NCBI GenBank assembly: GCA_028700115.1
Contig: JAQVTI010000021.1
Span: 1-7,496, forward strand
DNA: 7,496 nt
Reading direction: 5' to 3'
DNA from: Candidatus Iainarchaeum sp.
GTDB lineage: Archaea > Iainarchaeota > Iainarchaeia > Iainarchaeales > CSSED10-239
In this document: piece by piece, positions 6,301 through 7,496 of the stretch
How positions within the stretch are numbered: position 1 is the first letter of the stretch
How the letters are laid out: the number at the start of each line of letters is the position of its first letter
Notes under the pieces: model-generated
The model's input: the letters and a program-made list of their open reading frames with translations, nothing else
Database searches by the model: none
What the model was told of the DNA's origin: nothing
Made by a program: the position numbers and the translations under genes

Positions 6301-7189
6301 CGGAATATCTCGGATGGTAAATGTAGAAGTAGGGGATGGATTTGAGTTAGTGGAATCTTATAAGGGTGTTGGATTTAAGCAATATTTACTTCCGGATGAA
6401 ATGTATGTAGAAAACTATGTAGGAATAAGAAGTATATCAGATTTAGGTCTTGTTGCTGACGAATATTTGCTGTTATATACTCCTCCAAAAGGCGCCGTAG
6501 CCACTGGAGATGGTTTTTTGCATAATAGGAATCCATATCAACACGGTTATAGTACAACAAAGAATTTACAAACAATTGAAATAAAAATAAATAATGCATT
6601 AAAAAATAATTATAGTTTAACTACTTTAGATGACTCGGCGTTTAATAGCGATTCGATAGGATATGCACTTAGAAATATTAATTCAGAATATAGTTCGAAT
6701 GATATAACACAATTAATGATTTATCAGCATCAAAAAATTCAGGATTATATAGATGGCGATATGATATTTTCGCATATATATAAATTAGATAATCCGGTAA
6801 GTAGGAGTTATTTAACAACAGATCAGATTTTGTCTTTAAAAGAAAGAGTGGTGGCTGATTTAAAACAACAAAATATCATTATTCGTTTGGCTGAAGACGG
6901 ATCTATTCAAAAATCATATGGTGCAGGAAAATATAGTTCATTAACGATGATTTCTAGTGGCGAATCTATAATATCAATAGAAAAATCGGCATTTAACGAT
7001 ATAAGTATATTTTCAAAAGAAATGCAAAAAAATTACGCGGTGTGGAGGTTTTCAAAACTTTACGGAAGTAAAGATAAAATTCCGGTATTTTTAATCCCAA
7101 CCCCTGATGGACAGGGCGTGAAACCAATTTGGGCGACTGAGTATTATACAGACTATTATTCTAAAAATTACAACGAATTATTCAATTAA
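257..7189 (+). CDS. Giant multi-domain membrane protein (hypothetical): signal peptide, ecto modules, TM segments, kinase-like domain, SH3/Tudor-like barrel, EDR1/transglutaminase-like Cys-His domain
   Basis: Single stop-free frame 212-7189 on the ORF track. I prefer ATG 257 (2,310 codons) because it yields a canonical signal peptide MLKYLNIFFVIVLLMPFAFA|ELQ. It is preceded by GTGAG (243-247, 9 nt spacing) and TATA-like TTTAAATA (204-211), which TTG 212 would abut. TTG 212 remains possible, with AGGAAGGG at 193-200 upstream. The other five frames are shattered. Block-wise composition and catalytic-looking motifs support real coding. Confidence 0.9.
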   Translation: MLKYLNIFFVIVLLMPFAFAELQPVFLDQNIHYFGEEINFGLVGIIPDDFNRAEFQIQLPIGDNYHEATLSLTNLSDYSFSFPLDFIYNELKIKYVYYNFDNIEILNQEHLLKLEKLSIIENIGYCINSICNNTYFDDVNANEIELTTFPKISDENINFDILLILDGYIIEEVRNTKLPHYFDIRAGEYEIKITPNYGDLKFITKSLFLNIIIMQENNNNLREYLNEIKEQDADKETFVLLNNDESQIKELKTEGEKNNFWIIGLGILGGLIILITILFFNKQKDKNEKTNRRELRKSRGFLFFVFFLFLASFAFATPLDEKNAEYNNLETKFNTLQELFPYPKAFTISVSNSNPQNTQYYPIFATGLNDTQIRPVLNNKTQNLTANLEAIYFSIDIKNAIEKSKTNNNPLFFESGCEQVLEWFQANPITEDPNTLIARTKENLLKNIIITDKKNGYTDRDVVFINNKLNELKNNKKYNNSINPYADYCISEYLTKLESNLGGKYLVEKKILLKINYFEKNTEKIETQDDEITDTIVFLNNKNKDVLEGEFLGSDLNHIFVEVNYVNDILKEQSLVLQGIPTDRIIRKDNLIEGNKISNYTIPYLTEGENLTIKYTAQLINLEIMDSDYGSYYQLEELPVDSSEIYKKGFAFVIPDKSIAALRNKIISNIELTGMVRLNNGRYELKWNPESLAILAEANINPAKFIIIDKKIIINIGPENQKLNLGIDWDYGIILADSSEITLLLEEENTIYLTPNITNLYLELLKKTIIKATSQKNLELIRLQLPIFFIFTFKKNAQTINNEDALYLKTYDEIADFLKNTNLTPLEKNIIFNNLISLTEDFSFPKQGGGLYKFKYKTRLVLNYGLVNYIDNPENISNINIENQSAAMPYLYDNAYLERKGFVDKDLTKFLILGYLGDNYRSYNPELNKDSAYDSYDSYESDFKSQTQKIFVDQNANEQNWGYYKQLISYPFYRTGFEQKPCSYDKVNFPEYFSESYCSVAYNFNSESGNFGTLYNPNNLNEGWLMQDYDFQNNYTSAYRSLLLLEDIDSFKNNKLTFNSNQLKTFNKLNAFLSLIELEAIRKRDSGNTKNYGTALVLSYKLLELWNGNYNALKEYDDSNRLGQQISNINAALAYQATVKLKSIIASDKIMRLDAYKNIYETDFDRFKESIDPSAGFFDLTDSARFMITGSWFETFIFTGTKKDVEKLEQRDRDKYNKLLHGACCIAQRLGELEGVSNYKNWTVAEIKDNYSPYSKNNKIKNDVIGWVTERSGCSGTLRANPDDCATDILYLYNSKEYGKDLSIILNDTKEKKSITNYLTQHYNTKGQINLDIDNGVQLSSTEIELEKDIAKFKPGTIGSVLKFIDAGINPVAIVLTVATVGIGHGLATGTGGFFTRVAGGFTAKLGTSTAGSLASTVGARVVYELGENVVIDGTYGALAYKLPNVAGKHPFLTCILLGVVAGNFQKPLASLDNAAKIMTTDIITNAGLKNADSIKIQTAIKESLNLDYQDTAEQLLKLKSGESATDAFFKKLPKVAAGSVDDELVNSIQKNLVAQKISVSADVIKKSLENNNIYLTTRATAVSKFKSTKSLIEINRMVEANLDESSDKFIKLATNRTVPERHGIKFANIVDEFDDLKRFNEIDPEHFAKPTRIIYDDFGNPLGYEMDKINGFTLADYIEGGGTLDDSFYKRIEDSVEKLHKQGYAHGDINPRNIIITQTPEGLDFKIIDPVGFRKLADNVNLRSTTDTIINDDTINVRNLKNYTTSDQIYYQTNYVPKNTASPGIKSGDYVVIENSTTNKIGKIQITQDGRYWINFSDGSSGYYNELDIINMKNLDNYKKLVDTSYINTYTDDYLGGPFLETPKKLPDTFIFKSTNNLDGREIILVDKLNDPILKNFLSDLKLDLKNLSRRDEFGTFLDKVSLVKQRVDSVMSHYQDLENRTNLLKNIINNKDVSGQVVPLGYFINNNIGVCRHRALLYKLALDEIDIRSTIVRGWKKIDGLDVRHSWVEINDPGISRMVNVEVGDGFELVESYKGVGFKQYLLPDEMYVENYVGIRSISDLGLVADEYLLLYTPPKGAVATGDGFLHNRNPYQHGYSTTKNLQTIEIKINNALKNNYSLTTLDDSAFNSDSIGYALRNINSEYSSNDITQLMIYQHQKIQDYIDGDMIFSHIYKLDNPVSRSYLTTDQILSLKERVVADLKQQNIIIRLAEDGSIQKSYGAGKYSSLTMISSGESIISIEKSAFNDISIFSKEMQKNYAVWRFSKLYGSKDKIPVFLIPTPDGQGVKPIWATEYYTDYYSKNYNELFN
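1034..1204 (+). other. TM helix, basic loop and second signal-peptide-like helix
   Basis: FWIIGLGILGGLIILITILFF (1034-1096), NKQKDKNEKTNRRELRKSRG (1097-1156), FLFFVFFLFLASFAFA (1157-1204), then TPLD. The loop has 9 Lys/Arg in 20 residues, which fits a cytoplasmic loop under the positive-inside rule. Confidence 0.6.
4322..4651 (+). other. Gly/Ala/Val/Thr-rich hydrophobic island with at least two TM-length segments and a GxxxGxxxG motif
   Basis: GTIGSVLKFIDAGINPVAIVLTVATVGIGHGLATGTGGFF...KHPFLTCILLGVVAGNF. GIGHGLATG is at 4400-4426. There is an abrupt local rise in G+C relative to the rest of the gene. Confidence 0.55.
4976..5470 (+). other. Minimal protein-kinase-like (Bud32/RIO/Kdo-like) domain
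   Basis: Catalytic-loop-like GYAHGDINPRNIII (His 5375-5377, Asp 5381-5383, Asn 5396-5398). Metal-binding DFG-equivalent FKIIDPVGF (Asp 5444-5446). Hinge-like GYEMDKINGFTLADYI (5246-5293). Candidate beta3 Lys in AVSKF (5009-5011). No obvious Gly-rich loop or APE segment. The N boundary is uncertain. Confidence 0.55.
5897..6400 (+). other. EDR1-like / transglutaminase-like papain-fold domain with candidate Cys-His-acidic triad
   Basis: GREIILVDKLNDPILKNF ... VVPLGYFINNNIGVCRHRALLYKLALDEIDIRSTIVRG ... DVRHSWVEIND ... MVNVEVGDG. Cys 6173-6175, His 6275-6277, acidic candidates Glu 6326-6328 or Asp 6335-6337. The pattern G-x-C...(basic)V.G...H.W.E fits the transglutaminase-like core. CRHRALL[FY]K matches my memory of plant EDR1/CTR1 N-terminal domains. 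Confidence 0.6.
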
Positions 7190-7231
7190 GCATCACCGTA
7201 ATTTGATATTTAATAAGCAAGTAAAAGCTGC

Positions 7232-7255
7232 TTTTAAATGAGGCTATTTTATTTT
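7232..7255 (+). terminator. Oligo-T tracts downstream of the giant gene (possible archaeal intrinsic termination signal)
   Basis: T4 runs at 7232-7235, 7247-7250 and 7252-7255, 43-66 nt after the stop codon. They are preceded by a weak AT-rich near-palindrome AAAAGCTGCTTTT (7223-7235). Archaeal RNAP terminates at oligo-T tracts, but such tracts are abundant here. Confidence 0.2.
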
Positions 7256-7278
7256 AAATACCCTTTTTAATACTTACT

Positions 7279-7342
7279 TATCTATATTATATATTAGATA
7301 GACTTTTTATTCATAAATATCTTTAAAAACAAAAATAGGTGA
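7279..7342 (+). promoter_or_regulatory. Candidate psmA promoter (TATA-like TATATTATATATT 7283-7295) and Shine-Dalgarno AGGTGA (7337-7342)
   Basis: GGTGA is complementary to the conserved 16S rRNA 3' end and sits 6 nt from TTG 7349 (good support). The TATA-like element lies 54-66 nt upstream of the start, compatible with a transcription start near 7315-7320 and a short leader (weak support in AT-rich DNA). Confidence 0.4.
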
Positions 7343-7348
7343 AAAATT

Positions 7349-7496
7349 TTGATTCCAAATTCTCTTGGAGCTGCTGCTGCAGGTTATGATCGTTCAATAA
7401 CAATGTTTAGTCCAGAAGGACATCTTTATCAGGTAGATTATGCCTCAAAGATTATAGAAAAAGGAAGTCCTGCTATCGGGATTATCTATAAGCAAG
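7349..7496 (+). CDS. psmA: Proteasome subunit alpha (archaeal 20S core), 5' part only; continues past window end
   Basis: Translation from TTG 7349: (M)[48 protein letters not shown]. It matches the alpha-subunit N-terminal signature YDRxITxFSPxGxLxQVEYA (Thermoplasma PsmA has ...[32 protein letters not shown]). An in-frame TGA at 7340-7342 excludes a longer N-terminus. The next ATG would delete the conserved YDR motif. GGTGA lies at 7338-7342, 6 nt upstream. It is missing from the ORF track because of the non-ATG start and truncation. Confidence 0.9.
   Translation, partial: MIPNSLGAAAAGYDRSITMFSPEGHLYQVDYASKIIEKGSPAIGIIYKQ

Noticed and set aside
6920-6931. GAGK (in SYGAGKYSS) as a possible Walker A / P-loop.
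   Set aside because: It does not fit [AG]xxxxGK[ST]: the residue after Lys is Tyr and the upstream spacing is wrong. No Walker B candidate follows.
257-7186. Numerous N-x-S/T sequons as evidence for N-glycosylated extracellular regions and hence topology.
   Set aside because: Asn is extremely abundant in this AT-rich gene. Sequons appear in the putative ecto regions and the C-terminal half alike, so they do not discriminate topology.
7215-7235. Hairpin-like AAGCA...TGCTT / near-palindrome AAAAGCTGCTTTT after the giant gene, as a rho-independent terminator.
   Set aside because: The stems are 5 bp, AT-rich and weak. The perfect-looking palindrome leaves a loop too small to fold. Bacterial-type hairpin terminators are not required in archaea. 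Only the oligo-T tracts are kept, as a low-confidence terminator.
7279-7300. Inverted repeat TATCTA-N10-TAGATA overlapping the TATA-like element upstream of psmA, as a possible operator.
   Set aside because: It has only 6-bp arms of near-pure A/T in a 159-bp AT-rich spacer, so chance occurrence is likely. It would be worth revisiting only if conserved upstream of psmA in related genomes.
7190-7348. Intergenic spacer screened for tRNA, small RNA, CRISPR repeat, IS terminal repeats or small ORFs.
   Set aside because: It has no GC-rich stems or cloverleaf-compatible segments and no repeated units. The longest ATG ORF is about 10 codons (MRLFYFKYPF). It looks like an ordinary promoter/terminator spacer.

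Overview
Strongly AT-rich prokaryotic DNA with all supported genes on the + strand. More than 90% of the window is one uninterrupted giant ORF, from TTG 212 or (preferred) ATG 257 to TAA 7187-7189, i.e. 2,310-2,325 codons. It encodes a mosaic membrane protein, in order: (1) a cleavable-looking signal peptide; (2) a 239-codon beta-rich ecto module; (3) a TM helix, a basic loop and a second signal-peptide-like helix repeating the N-terminal FAFA motif, with 14 nt identical; (4) a 1,039-codon ectodomain with closely paired cysteines and no family I recognise; (5) a 110-codon Gly/Ala-rich hydrophobic island containing a GxxxGxxxG zipper; (6) an 845-codon C-terminal half. That half holds a minimal protein-kinase-like domain (HGDINPRN ... 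IID), a small SH3/Tudor-like barrel, an EDR1/transglutaminase-like Cys-His domain (GVCRHRALLYK ... RHSW) and about 260 unassigned codons. The flanks are the 3' end of a small hydrophobic protein (1-191) and the 5' end of a proteasome alpha subunit (TTG 7349, GGTGA Shine-Dalgarno). The proteasome gene places the locus in an archaeon, plausibly an AT-rich small-genome lineage (DPANN-like; inference only). I saw no rRNA/tRNA, CRISPR array, IS element or long repeat. All domain calls are by-eye motif recognition without database searches and need HMM or structure confirmation.
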